Source: Octopus vulgaris
Taxonomy: Eukaryota
Direction of reading: 5' to 3'
DNA length: 64,000 bases
Assembly (NCBI GenBank): GCA_951406725.2
Contig: OX597815.1
Span: 31,992,001-32,056,000, forward strand
Shown: positions 11,832 to 25,163 of the stretch, piece by piece
Layout: every line of letters begins with the position of its first letter
How positions within the stretch are numbered: the first letter of the stretch is position 1
Position numbers and translations under genes: made by a program
Notes under the pieces: model-generated
Database searches by the model: none
Seen by the model: only the letters and a program-made list of their open reading frames with translations
What the model was told of the DNA's origin: nothing

Positions 11832-13109
11832 GAGCAATATATTCTTGGTAATGCTATGGCATATAACTGGTTGGAATCGGAATATGTTTATGGTTTTAAA
11901 TTAAAAAAACAACCCATTAAATGTTCAGTTTTGTGACTTACTTTTTCAATCAGCTTTTACAAAACAGCCAGTAGTAACTGCCAAGCGCAACACGGCTTCT
12001 GATTAGCCGCCATTTTCAACGAACAAAGATCAAAGGATGATTCAAACGAAAAGAACAAAAATCGTTTTGGACCTGTTCGAAGCTACACCAATGGTAACAC
12101 TACTAAATATAAATATACTCACGAACACGCAAACACATACATTGACAGGACTGTCAGAGCACCATACAAAATGATTTTCAGTATTTAGCTGACTTTTAAT
12201 CATGTTGGAATAGAATGTATCTTTCTTTGCTTCGGTATCGATATATTAGATATATTCAATACCAGTTATGTAGAAGAGTGATTACACAGTAGGCTCCGCA
12301 TAAATCATACATATATTGGTGGTAAATGCTTTATCATAAAGTATGCTGAAATCATGTAAATAAGAGAGTCTCAACTCTTCGCTCGCTTGATCTGCACGTA
12401 ATAATAGCCATGTTTCTCTCAAATCGCTTCCTAAAATCTTAGGAAAAGAAAGTGGCACGTTGGCCTATCTTAGATAATCAAAGCTGGATAAAAAAAAAAA
12501 ACGAGATCATTATAGTTGGGATGCTTTGACGATACGCTCACTCAACACAGGTGGCCTTGTGTTAAACAACAACAACTCGAATAATTTAGTACAACCGCGC
12601 AGAAGTTTAATTAACTCCACAATCATTTTTTATTTTCTTTCTTGATAGACTTTCGCCTGAAATGTAAACTAAATATTCTATTAATTAATTTATTAATCTG
12701 CCTTAGGGTTAAGTGACATCGGCATGTATCAGTCCACTTGATCTTATCACCCGACAGATGGGTATTTAAAAGTACACGACAGAATTAATAGCAGCGGTTG
12801 AAAATGATAGAATGCAAATACTGAGAGAAGTTGATTGCTTCACTTCCCAGGTAATTTCCGATTTTCTCATTTCGTAATGAATTAATTCCAAGCTTACGAA
12901 GGCACGTAGTTGGTGATATTCGACATGATCATAATGCCGTGGGTTAAATTTCTGGTCCGGCTGAAGCCCTGTGTCCTTGAGCATTTTATGTTGCGCCAAA
13001 TAACTCAGCTGAAGTACTATCTGAGTATGTGAACACGCTTAGAAAATCAAACAGCGGTTCAGCTCCCATAACATTCGGAAACATTTTTTCGTATGTATGT
13101 ATGTATGTA

Positions 13110-13164
<55 letters not shown>

Positions 13165-13218
13165 ATGTATGTATGTGTGCATGCATGCATGTATGTACGC
13201 TGAAGAGGGAGCTAACAT

Positions 13219-13638
13219 GAGTATACGCAACTGGTACTTAATTTATCGACCCCGAAAGGATGAAAGGCAAAGTCGACCTCGGCAGAATTTGAACTCAGAA
13301 CATAAAGACAGATGAAATACCGCTAAGCATTTCGCGCCTCGTTAGCACGCGTTATTTCGCCAGTCTTTACGTTCTGAGTTCAAATTCCGCCGAGGTCGAC
13401 TTTGCCTTTCATCCTTTCGGGGTCGATAAATTAAGTACCAATTGCGCACAGGGGTCGATATAATCGACTTAATCCGTTTGTCTGTCCTTATTTGTCCCCT
13501 CTGTGTTTAGCCCCTTGTGGGTAGTAAAGAAATAGGTATTTCGCCAGTCTTTATGTTCTGAGTTCAAATTCCGCCGAGGTCGACTTTGCCTTTCATCCTT
13601 TCGGGGTCGATAAATTAAGTACCAGTTGCGTATACTCA
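13219..13638. mobile_element. Inverted (fold-back) SINE family A composite
   Basis: A minus-strand unit at 13219-13335 is joined to a plus-strand dimer at 13340-13638. The outer ends are mutual reverse complements. Confidence 0.85.
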
Positions 13639-13926
13639 AAAAAAAACAAAAACATGAGTATATATATATATTGAGAACTCTCAAAAGCCGAGAGTTCCGT
13701 GTATGGCACTAATGAAATGACATTCATCAACCATACCCTTTTTTCGTGACTTTTTGTCTATCTCTCAACAGCTGCCCAAAACCATGTAGACTAATAGGGT
13801 ATTTATCGTGCTTCCCCTATCCCCTTTTTTTTCCTCTAGGACTCAAAACTAGATATTTATTTCATCTCATTCTCCAATTCCGACATCATCTGCCAACCAT
13901 GAAAATGAAACAGGATATTATGTAAT

Positions 13927-14482
13927 GCTTCTTCTTCTTCTTCTTCTTCTTCTTCTTCTTCTTCTTCTTCTTTTTTTCTTTTTCTTTTTCTTTTTTTTTC
14001 TTTTCTTCTTCTTCTTCTTCTTTTTCTTTTTCTTTTCTTTTCTTTTTCTTTTCTTTTTCTTTTTCTTTTCTTCTTCTTTTCTTCTTCTTCTTCTTCTTCT
14101 TTCTTCTTCTTCTTCTTCTTCAATGTCTCTTAAATTGAAAAGACAGACGGGTACCCCCCACACCATTACCAACGTAGCAATTCCATTGTCACCATTACTA
14201 CCACTGTCATCTCTTTCTAGCACTGACTAACAGCCTGTTCACCATCACCAATGCCATCACAACCACCGCCGCCACCATCACCACCACCACTTCTACCCCA
14301 TGAATGCCATTATCATCATCATCGTCATCATTCTGCTACTCGTCGTCCTCTTCCTCCTCCTCTCTAGCATTATCATCATTACCATTATCGTCATCATCAT
14401 CATCATCATTATCATCGTCATTCTCATCCTCATCACTCTCATAGTCGTCATGATCATCATCGTCATCATTATCATCATTATT

Positions 14483-14513
<31 letters not shown>

Positions 14514-15376
14514 CCATCGTCATTGTCATCATGATCACCATCATCGTCGTCGTCGTCATCATCATATCACCACCACCACCACCACCACCATCATCGTCAC
14601 CATCATCATATCACTACCATCATCATCGTCGTCGTCAGCATCATATCCCCACCACCATCATCATCATCATCACCACTACCACCACCACCACATCATCGTA
14701 TCCCCACCACCATCATCATCGTCGTCGTCAGCATCATATCCCCACCATCATCATCATTATTATCATCATCATCATCACCATCACCACTACCACCACCACC
14801 ACCATCATCGTATCCCCACCACCATCATCATCATCATCATCATCATCATCACCTTTACCACTACATCTACTACCTTCAGCATCACCACCACATCCCATCG
14901 TCACCAGTGTCACCACCACCACCACCACCATCATCATCATCGTATCCCCACCACCATTATCATCATCATCATCATCATCATGATCATGATCATCATCACC
15001 TTTACCACTACATCTACTACCTTCAGCATCATCACCACATCCCATCGTCGCCAGTCACCCCCCCCCCACCACCACCACCACCACAATCACCAGTATCACT
15101 GTCTTCTGGTTATTTAGCTTTTTTTGTTTTGTTTTTTTAATGAAAATTACGCAGATTCTATCGATCGTGCGAAATTCCGCCCAATCACTCTTTCACTTCT
15201 TTTAGCATTGACAGTCGTAATTCCACAATTTTTAAATCGTTTACTCCCTCCATCCCTGCCCTACCCCTGCGAATTCCGCCTCCCGCATCACAACACTGTT
15301 CCTCCTTCAAAATTTATTTGTTTCTTTTTCTTTGTTTTTTTTTTGTTTCTTTCTTGTACGGAATAAATTATTTGAA

Positions 15377-15407
<31 letters not shown>

Positions 15408-15415
15408 CGTGTGTT

Positions 15416-15446
<31 letters not shown>

Positions 15447-15533
15447 TTGTGTGCGTGTGTGTGTGTGTGTGTTTGTGTGCGTGTGTGTGGTGTGTGTGTG
15501 CGTGTGTGTGTGTGTGTGTGTGTGCGTGTGTGT

Positions 15534-15565
<32 letters not shown>

Positions 15566-15702
15566 TTTATCGTTTTTTTTTCTTTCTTTTGGTTTCTTTT
15601 CTCAATCTTTTCGGAAAATTCCATTCTTTTGAAAGATAGTTAATTATTTTTAATAAAAAAAAAATTGAAAAAAAAAAAAAACCAAGAGAGAGAGAAGAAG
15701 GA

Positions 15703-15762
<60 letters not shown>

Positions 15763-15800
15763 CCAAATAGCAAACTCGAAAGTCAGTTGACTTTTTTTCA
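13927..15800. repeat. Low-complexity block: (CTT)n, (CAT/CAC)n with about 125-bp internal duplication, (GT)n, (GAAA)n
   Basis: Directly visible. acctttaccactacatctactaccttcagc occurs near both 14851 and 14998. Confidence 0.9.
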
Positions 15801-16592
15801 GTCGAAATTAAAATTCCAGCTTCCCATATCACTGTACGCATACACATTTCTTGGGATATGATAGTTTTTCACTCAGTCCCCTCAAAAAAAAAAAAAAAAA
15901 TTGCTTTTAAATAACAAAATCAAAAAAAAAACCTACTAACGAATGTTGGCTTTTCTTTACATTGATCCTGTTGACTCATCTTTGATGTTTGTTATTTGAA
16001 TTGAAGTGACTGGCTTCGTTTTAGTAGTATTTGTTATTTGCTCGATGATTTAAACGCGCATCCAATTGCACGCATTCATACGTGTAAATGCGCAGTCATA
16101 CATACATCCTTTCCTGAAAATACATTTCAATACGCATACAAACATTCACAAGCAAGCACACACACAGACACACACACACATAAACAGAAAGATTTGCATT
16201 CATATACAAACATTTATATACATATATTTGCTTGCTGCATATTTTATTTACTATACGTCAAGGCAGACGATCTAACGTGAAATATTGGCTTCCATTTTCA
16301 CTCTTAAGGGAAAAAGCGAATGGTGATGAAATGTTTTGCTGTCAGTTGTATGACAAGCGCTGTTAGTTGTCCGGGACTTCATTTATAGCTTTTGAATATA
16401 AAAGCCCCAGAAAAGAGAGTAAGTGGTCCGATTCAATTAAAAGGAATAGGTTTGATAAATAATGCAGAAAAAAGAAAATGTGAAATATTGTCACGTTAGT
16501 TTGAGAAATTTGTTACGGAAGAAATAGGATAATATGCAAACAACCAAGATTATTTGGTGACTTTCGAATTTTCAGGCAAATATGAGCAAGTC

Positions 16593-16632
<40 letters not shown>

Positions 16633-17791
16633 ACGAAGTAAAATGAGAAAAAACAGGAGGATAGTGTGACTAAAAATAGATTGTTGCTTATCCCTTGTTC
16701 GTTGGTGTAAGCGGTTCCACTTAATTTCATTCTCTAACGTCTTTGTAAGAAAATCTGAGATGACTTAAATCGATAACTTAACGAAGCAATAACCGGAGAT
16801 TAATTGTTCATATCTCGTTCTCGGCTTTGTCTGTGGCCAGTGCATTTAAATCTTCGGCTCAACCGAACTGGCTAAAAATAGGCACACAGAAATATAACTC
16901 ACCGATTTACAGCAAGAAAACCGTTGATAAATAATGAGTTTTCGACAGCCTGTAGTACCGAATTGATAACCCCCTACTGACCTAGAGAAAATATTAATCA
17001 GCAACTCCAAATCTAAGTTTCAGATTAGACAACCAAATGGTTTTGATTAACTGTGGCATTAGATCTCTGTGCTCTGGTATTTATTACGTACTCAATCATA
17101 GACACACCAGCCTGTATTACTAGCGAGTCTTATGCAAGAAATTCTGTGATGGACATCATACAATCTCATTTCCTCTCCGCCATGAGTTACAGATATTAAA
17201 TCGTTATAAGAATCCAATAGGTTTGATAAATATGTTTCTTTCTCACCGAATGATGTTTGATGAGATAGGGTTAAAGAAGTTATAGTGTTCACAAACTTTT
17301 CCTACAGTAGTAGTGACGTAATGAATCTGTTCACTTGGTTTTCAACACTTGTATGCGAATTGCTATTGCACCATCATCTGCACTTAAGTATTCCTGTGGT
17401 GTGTGTGTGGCATTGTCTTTTGTAGAATTATATTTGTATACTGTAAATCTTCGAGTATAGTCCGCCCTTGAGTATAATACGCAGGGGATTTTTTAGGGGT
17501 CTGTACTTCTGAAAAACCTAAACCTTGTGGAGTCAATGTAATCGACTTAATTCCTTTGTCTGTCCTTGTTTGTCCCCTCTATGTTTAGCCCCTTGTAGGC
17601 AGTAAAGAAATACATAATTAAGCCAGCAGCACCTAGTCGAACAAACACTTCCGCGCATGCGTAATACAATAATCATGATGTTCTTAACTGTTATATGGGA
17701 ATGTAAATATGTTTGCAAATTGTTTTTGTTACAAGTGTAGCGTAGCTCGGTGATATCCTCACTGTTTGAGAGATATATTATAAATATATCT

Positions 17792-18024
17792 AAGGCGGCG
17801 AGCTGGCAGAAACGTTAGCACGTCTGGCGAAATGCTTAGCGGTATTTCGTCTGCCGTTACGTTGTGAGTTCAAATTCCGCCGAGGTCGACTTTGCCTTTC
17901 ATCCTTTCGGGGTCGATAAATTAAGCACCAGTTACGCATTGGGATCGATATAATCGACTTAATCCGTTTGTCTGTCCTTGTTTGTCCTCTCTGTGTTTAG
18001 CCCCTTGCGGGTAGTAAAGAAATA
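17792..18024 (+). mobile_element. SINE family A, tail type 1
   Basis: Full head aaggcggcgagctggcagaaacgttagc, core and tail. Confidence 0.9.
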
Positions 18025-18522
18025 GAAATAATATCGTAGCAGATGACAGTTAACTTTTGACCGCTATTTGGACCCTGTTGTGTCCACTGCTCTGATTGGT
18101 TGGCATTGGCGCAGTTTGTCTCTTGACTTATTTCGCGCCAGTGTGTAAGCCAACCAATCACGACCTTAGGATAAGGTCCCATGACAGTCTTTTGGATGTT
18201 CTGTGGAGCCTACCCTTACCTTTAAAAGGTGTCAGAAAATCATTATCCCTGTCTTTGGTCTCAGACCATTCACCACACCAGACCAGCCAGTTCCTGCTCC
18301 AACTGTGACGAGACCAACATGCAGCAACTCAACGACTCCTTTCTTCACCGTCGCTATCACCATTGTCGACTTCACTTTGACGCCGCCATCAACACCGACG
18401 CCTTAGCTCATCGTCGCCCTTCAACTTCACGTCGTCCCCACCAACGCCGATACGTACACAGCACACTCGCTCAAGTTTAGCTTACACGCTGTTTGTGTAT
18501 ATACACCAAGGTTAACAGCACA

Positions 18523-18950
18523 GGGATCTTTTCCTTTTGAACGGCAGATGTCAACACAATTTCTAGTTAACTAAACACTTTTAAACTTCGTATACTGGTA
18601 GAATGTGTTTATAAAACATCATTTTTTCTTGGCTTTATTGAGAAAATTCTATAGTTTGTAAGATATTTCCACTTTAAAATCGAGCATTTCGGCAATTTTA
18701 ACCAATCGCTCACCTCCATTTGGGGTGAAAAGATTCCGTGCTGTATGAATATGTCTCTCGTTTAAGAAACAGATTGGGTTTTTTTACATTTGCGAAGAAA
18801 AAAAGATACCCTTCCCCTAACCCTAACCCTAAAATAGATTGAAATGCAATACATCGATACTAGGGTTATAATTATGGGTGACAATTTCATACGACACCGC
18901 TACGGAAAATGAGATTTTTTTCTAGCGGTGTCAAATGGATCGAAGCACCA
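18523..18950 (+). mobile_element. Unclassified non-autonomous element with (CCCTAA)3 and terminal hairpin
   Basis: A second copy lies at 6100-6380. ccctaaccctaaccctaa occurs at about 18815, and a gacaccgcta..tagcggtgtc hairpin lies near the end. Confidence 0.6.
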
Positions 18951-19948
18951 ACTCCTACACGCGTAGTAACTGCTCTCCTCTTTTGCCCCAACTTCATTCA
19001 CATAGAACGAACTACTATAGTGTACCTGTACGATCTGGTATTTATCACCATCTTGTGTCTGGACTCATTTCTTTGCTTTGTATTGTTGTTTCACTCTTAT
19101 AACACACACGAACACACAGGCACAAACACTATGTCACACGCACCGTTGTTGCACTTACAATGGATACACAAACACATATGTGCACGCACTCAGACACTAC
19201 ACTCTGCTAGCGCTCACACACACTCTTATTGTACACATCTGTAAATAAAGTCTTTCTTCTCTCAAACAGTAGAACGGTTGTGTTTGTTTTCCCTTTATTC
19301 TTTATTGGCACTCATATTCTTTATACCATGTATTTGGCTATCTTCATTGTGGGACGACCGTGCGGCGTTTAAAAGGGGACTTTTCAGTCACTAACTCTTT
19401 TACGTACGGCCGTTTCTCTACACTTGTTATTCTGTGTTCTAAATACTTTTATTTTTATAAATGTTGCTTACAGCAAGTTATGGATGATTCTTTTATGACT
19501 TCATTGCTTTCAGGCTTAGCTTAAGGTATTTTCGCGCCTGACATCACAAAATGCGTCTGGATAAACATTGCCGGACAGCAAATAGAGACTCAGACATTCC
19601 TTAAAAAATATTTTTCATTTCTAACCTCGTATATAGTACGCACTAGGGATTTGACCTTTATATTTTGGGAGAAAATGCGGATTATACTCGAGGATTTACG
19701 ATCTAAGACATTCTAAGGCTTTGCCATCAGAACAGTATAGTGGGCAAGATTTGAGGGAAATTTGGTTTATGATCTCTAACTGTTCAAGCAACAATGAAGT
19801 GGCTTCCATATTGACTCGTTAGAAATCATATTGTTTAGGCAAGACGGTGATAGTAACAGTTACGGGATGAACTGTTTTGTAGTACTGAGCACAGTTTGTA
19901 TTTTTTTCTCAAGGCCAATTGTAGTAAAGTACATGCGCGTAAGCTTAC

Positions 19949-20013
<65 letters not shown>

Positions 20014-20895
20014 ATTCATTTATTTTTAACACGTTTCAGTACAGTCGAAATGTCTTCTTTCGTTGCAGGAATTTCAACCGTGTTTCGTGGTCTGCTACCA
20101 CAACAGCTCCTTTATAGGATCCAATTAGCTCAAGACATCATCAGGAGGAACCACGACCGGTTTCGGCCCCTACTCCTCTACCGTTTTGACGTGGCGGAGG
20201 TGTCTTCAGCTCTGGTGTTGGGTGCATGTCTTTCTTCTGTTCTCTGACCTCTTCGATATAGTGTCAACGAGTGTCAACGGGTGACTGACTGACTTGTCAA
20301 TTTTTTCCCTTTAAATACCTGCTGCTAGGCTCCAGCAGACAGCCCCAGCAAGTTGTCACGTGACACTGTCTCAACTTTAACTGACCAATGAAGTCACGTA
20401 GTCTTACCCCACGCATTCTCTAACCGACCGTCACATGTCAATTAGCGAAGCTAATTCAGTGTCAGCTTGTCTCGCGAGAAAATTCTTCTCCTAGACGACA
20501 TGTATTAACGCACATTGGGCTGTGAATAACGCCATTCAATTGCAGGAAACGTATGCGTTTCAACGTTTCTGTGCGTCATCAGCAACGAATGCCAAATCAG
20601 CTTTTCACACCCCGTAAAGAACGAATTGATCTAATATTATTAGAAGAGCAAACAGTACATTCGCTGATGTACGTAAAGTTTAGTTAAGATTGAATTAATT
20701 AACAAAAGATGCACGAAGCAGCGTTAAATAAAGCTTATTCGTATAAAGTCATACTTAGCATGTTCAAATACAGTCGGACGCGAGAAAACCTTTCGTTGTG
20801 GAAATAGACTCTGGAGAAAATCGACTTTATACGTATTTTCTTCAGTGTTGCTGCTTGTGCGCTCGCATGCGTTTCTATATACGTATGTATATATG

Positions 20896-20929
<34 letters not shown>

Positions 20930-21194
20930 TGTATGTATGTTCGTATATGTGTGTACAAAAATGATATACAATATTTTTAATAAGCATATAGTGTAGTAGC
21001 GTAAATATAACCGTGAATAAAATGCAGGATCTCCAGCTGTTAAAAGTGAGGAGCATCTAACTAATTATGCTTTACTTAATGCTCACTGGGACCTCTCAGC
21101 CTATACTTAGCAAGAATATATAGGAAGAATATATATTAATATGTGTACTGCTTTCGTTATTTTGAATGCAAAGAGATTGACACACAAAGAGATC

Positions 21195-21248
21195 TATGCG
21201 CGCGCGCATATACACACATACACATATATGCATGTATGTATGTATATA

Positions 21249-21304
<56 letters not shown>

Positions 21305-21371
21305 CATATATATATATACATAAATACACACATATATATATACATAAATACACATATATATATATACATAA

Positions 21372-21409
<38 letters not shown>

Positions 21410-21426
21410 ATACATATATACACTTT

Positions 21427-21462
<36 letters not shown>

Positions 21463-21665
21463 CATATATACTTGTGTGTGAATACACACATACACACACA
21501 CATATAGATACGTACATACATACATACATACATACATACATACATACATACATACATACATACATACATACATACATACATACATACATACATACATACA
21601 TAACATACATACATATGTGTGTTTGTGCATTTTGAAATACACACACCCACACACACACACACTCA
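21195..21665. repeat. Compound TA/TACA/CA microsatellite
   Basis: Directly visible. Confidence 0.95.
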
Positions 21666-22424
21666 CATCCTCTCGTGTAAACGTATTCAGTAAGACTACG
21701 AAAGACAATTTATTTCTTTGACACACGTATAGTCAGTCTTCTTGCTGCGAGGATATACTTCAAGATGTCGGCAAAACAGTATAAATTACGAAAAAAAAAA
21801 AAGGAAAAAAATTGGTTCCGGCTCGTTAGTCTCCGTTAATTTCTACTTAACTCTGCCGTCGTTCTGCAGGGAGATAACAGCTCATAGCACTATGGAAAAT
21901 GGTGCTACTTAGCTTACACGCGAGTAACTTATCGTCTACGTGTTGCGAACAACGGTTCTTTGGACTTATACATCCAACTTTTCGAACAAAGAGTATGTGT
22001 GTGTACGTGTACGTGTATGCGTGTGAATGCGCGTGTGTGTGTGTGTGCTGGCTGTGTGGTTAGAAGCTTGCTTCCCAACCACATGGTTTTTGGTTCCATC
22101 CCACCGCGTGGCACTTTGGGCAAGTGTCTTCTCCCATAGCCTCGGGACGACCAAAGCCTTGTTAGTGAATTTACTATAGGCCCTGTGCATATAGTAGAAA
22201 GAATATTATCATCTTCGTTAGTCAAGTAGCTATAGGAGAAAGATGGCCGATGGTCACGTGAAAGCCTTGTGAGCAAGGGAGGAGGAGTGAAGGAGGGAGA
22301 GTGACAGAGTAATAGGAAAGAATAGTGGCAGAAGAGGAGGTAAAAGAATAAAAGAGAGAAAAAGGAAAGAGTAAAAAGATCGTATAGAGTGCGCATCAGT
22401 TATTAAGATATGGTTATTTATGGT

Positions 22425-22615
22425 CGAGCGGGCAGAACCGTTAGCGCGCCGGACGAAATGCTTCGCTACGTTCTGAGTTCAAATTCCGCCGAGGTCGACT
22501 TTACTTTTCATCCTTTCGGAGTCGATAAATTAAGTACCAGTGAGACACTGGGGTCGATGTAATTGACTAGTCCCATCCCCCTAAAATTTCAGGCCATGTG
22601 CCTTCATTAGAAATT
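22425..22615 (+). mobile_element. SINE family A, tail type 2
   Basis: Head, core and tail aaatttcaggccatgtgcc. Confidence 0.8.
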
Positions 22616-23099
22616 TATTTATGGTGTCATCCCTTCTTCCCGTGAATCTCATTTTGTACCATGCAGGATCCATAGTTCAGTTATTTATTTATTTTTTGTA
22701 CTAATGGTACTTGTAAATCCCATTTCTCGAATGTCATCGAACGTAATGGCAATTGCAGCGATATTACTAACTAGTAAAAATTAATATTACTCATTTTAAA
22801 TTACTATACCATAAACAACAGCCGAAACATAATTATATTTACATAGTTTCATGAAGTTAAAGTGAAAATTCATTTAGACAACAATAGAATTCCTTGTAAA
22901 AACATTTAAGAGCGACATAAAATTAATGTTGGCTTTTAACGTTAAGCTTTATTGTAACACGACAAATACATTAATGGATTCGTTTTGCATTATATATATA
23001 TATATATATATAAGCTTTTCACTAGTGTTACTCACTGTGAATGTGTCACTCGGTGCGAGCTGCAACTCCTCACCCGACCCATGCGACGGACGCCACCAC

Positions 23100-23166
<67 letters not shown>

Positions 23167-23435
23167 TGTGCATATATACATACGTATATGTACATACCTA
23201 CATCTATATGTATATATATATATAAGCATACGTTTGTACAGGACATCATGTTGTTAAATTCTCAAAATACGAGACTAGAAAAACAACCAATAACAGATGA
23301 AGGGTCGTTCTCTATGTTGTTTGTTTTGTTTTCCACTTCTGTTTTTAGTTGTTCAAAAGAATAGTTCATATTCCATGTACTCGTGTTTCGTATCTTTTGT
23401 TGTACACGTTTCATGACGTCCTGTGCCCACGTATA

Positions 23436-23510
<75 letters not shown>

Positions 23511-23513
<3 letters not shown>

Positions 23514-23739
23514 GGAGTAAACACATAAATGTGAAACAAGGTGGAAAAAAGAGTACTCAAATACAAGTGGTTGAGTAATATGCTTTATCTAAAGCAGCAG
23601 AAAATTCAACAAAACCTGTTACTCTGAGTTTCCCGTTGCCGTTCATCGGACAGTTTTTTCTAGCAAAAACTGTCCGATGAACGGCAAAGGAAACTCAAAG
23701 TAACAGGTTTTGTTGAATTTTCTGCTGCTTTAGATAAAG

Positions 23740-23745
<6 letters not shown>
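23511..23745. mobile_element. Penelope-like pLTR remnant in (TA)n, with fold-back and hammerhead-like motifs
   Basis: Inverted arms of about 80 bp (23579-23658 and 23665-23742), each carrying ctgt-CCGATGA..GAAA-ctc.(g/a)ag-TA-acag. Confidence 0.55.
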
Positions 23746-23806
<61 letters not shown>

Positions 23807-23899
23807 GTATAGATGTAGGTATGTACGTAAACGCATGTATATATGCATATATTTATATATTATTTATATTATTATATGATTGAACGCCACGCATCCTCC

Positions 23900-24370
23900 G
23901 CCAAGTATATTTTATCTTAATAACTCTGATGCGCACTCTATACGATCTTTTTACTCTTTCGTTTTTCTCTCTTTCTGTCTCTTATTCTTTTACCTCCTCT
24001 TCTGCCACTATTCTTTCCTATTACTCTGTCACTCTCTCTCCTTCACTCCTCCTCCCTTGCTCACAAGGCTTTCACGTGACCATCGGCCATCTTTCTCCTA
24101 ACTTGAGTTTCTTTCTTTCTCTCCGTTGTAGCTGGAACAAGGAAGACGTGTTCTTGTTTGTCTCCTGTGCACGCTTGACCTACGCGTTCGCCTCGTTTAG
24201 GCTTAGCAGCCCTTCCTGTTTGTGTTACCTATTTTGACCCTCTGCAAAAATCCGAAATTGTATTCAATTTGCTTTGCGGGAGCAACTGCTTTATCGGTTG
24301 AAAGCCGTGGTCAGGGTGAGGGTACAACCTGACAGACATACACATAAACTGCCGTTTATATAGAGAGAGA
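23900..24370 (-). mobile_element. Non-autonomous Helitron-like element (5' part)
   Basis: Minus-strand 5' end a|tctctctctatataaacggcag. About 180 bp of it recurs inverted at 22232-22410. Confidence 0.55.
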
Positions 24371-24469
24371 TAAATTCCTCTATTTACATAATATCGAGGT
24401 CTTATTCATTCTTTTGTTGTTATACCATTACTATTAATATATATATAGGATATACATACTATATATATA

Positions 24470-24798
24470 GACCCCCTTCAGTTATGTATGACTATGGGAT
24501 TGCACCTAGAAAGTTCCCCTCCGAAGCACAAGTCCAGGCAAGGTTGCTTTTGGAAGACCAGCAGTCGCCCTTGCATACGAACCTCACTTCTCCGCTCCAC
24601 CGATTTTATTCAAGGCAAAGACCTATACAGCTTGGCACCAGTGACGTCGTAACTTATTTCTACAGCTGAGTGAACTGGAGCAATGTGAAATAAAGTGTCT
24701 TGCTCAAGAACACAACTCACCGTCCAATCTGGGAATCGAACTCACTACTTCACGATTGTGAGCCCGACGCTCTAAACACTGAGCCATGCATCTTCACA
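24470..24798 (-). mobile_element. SINE family D-related (tRNA head, different tail)
   Basis: Minus strand shows ggctcagtg..gttcgattcccag and the middle domain tgtgttcttgagcaagacac. Confidence 0.7.
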
Positions 24799-25011
24799 TA
24801 GTTATTTCATATTCAAATATTATAATGCATGTTTGTGTGTGCACGTGTGTATGTATGTGTATGCATACATATACTCAGACATACATAAATGTACATTATA
24901 TAAACACACACGCACACACATCCATTGTGGATGACAAATAAATGAGTGCACATTTTTCCTGACTTGCGGATTGTTAGACGGCTTCCCCACGCGCGCTCTC
25001 TCTTCCTTTCT

Positions 25012-25068
<57 letters not shown>

Positions 25069-25070
25069 AC

Positions 25071-25101
<31 letters not shown>

Positions 25102-25111
25102 TATTTGTATA

Positions 25112-25163
<52 letters not shown>

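Larger units (their letters stand above)
17736..19422 (+). mobile_element. Probable solo LTR (TGTAG...CTACA)
   Basis: Short inverted termini, AATAAA at about 19244 followed by a GT/T-rich stretch, and no ORF. A direct TSD is not evident. Confidence 0.5.
17441..19701. mobile_element. Tc1/mariner (pogo-like) non-autonomous element hosting nested insertions
   Basis: TIRs ctgtaaatcttcgagtatagtccgc and gcggattatactcgaggatttacg, with TA before the left end. Confidence 0.65.

Noticed and set aside
14300-14983. 227-aa hydrophobic/His-rich ORF
   Set aside because: It lies in CAT/CAC triplet low-complexity sequence with no splice or domain evidence.
18815-18832. Telomere remnant
   Set aside because: Only three CCCTAA units, internal to a dispersed repeat.
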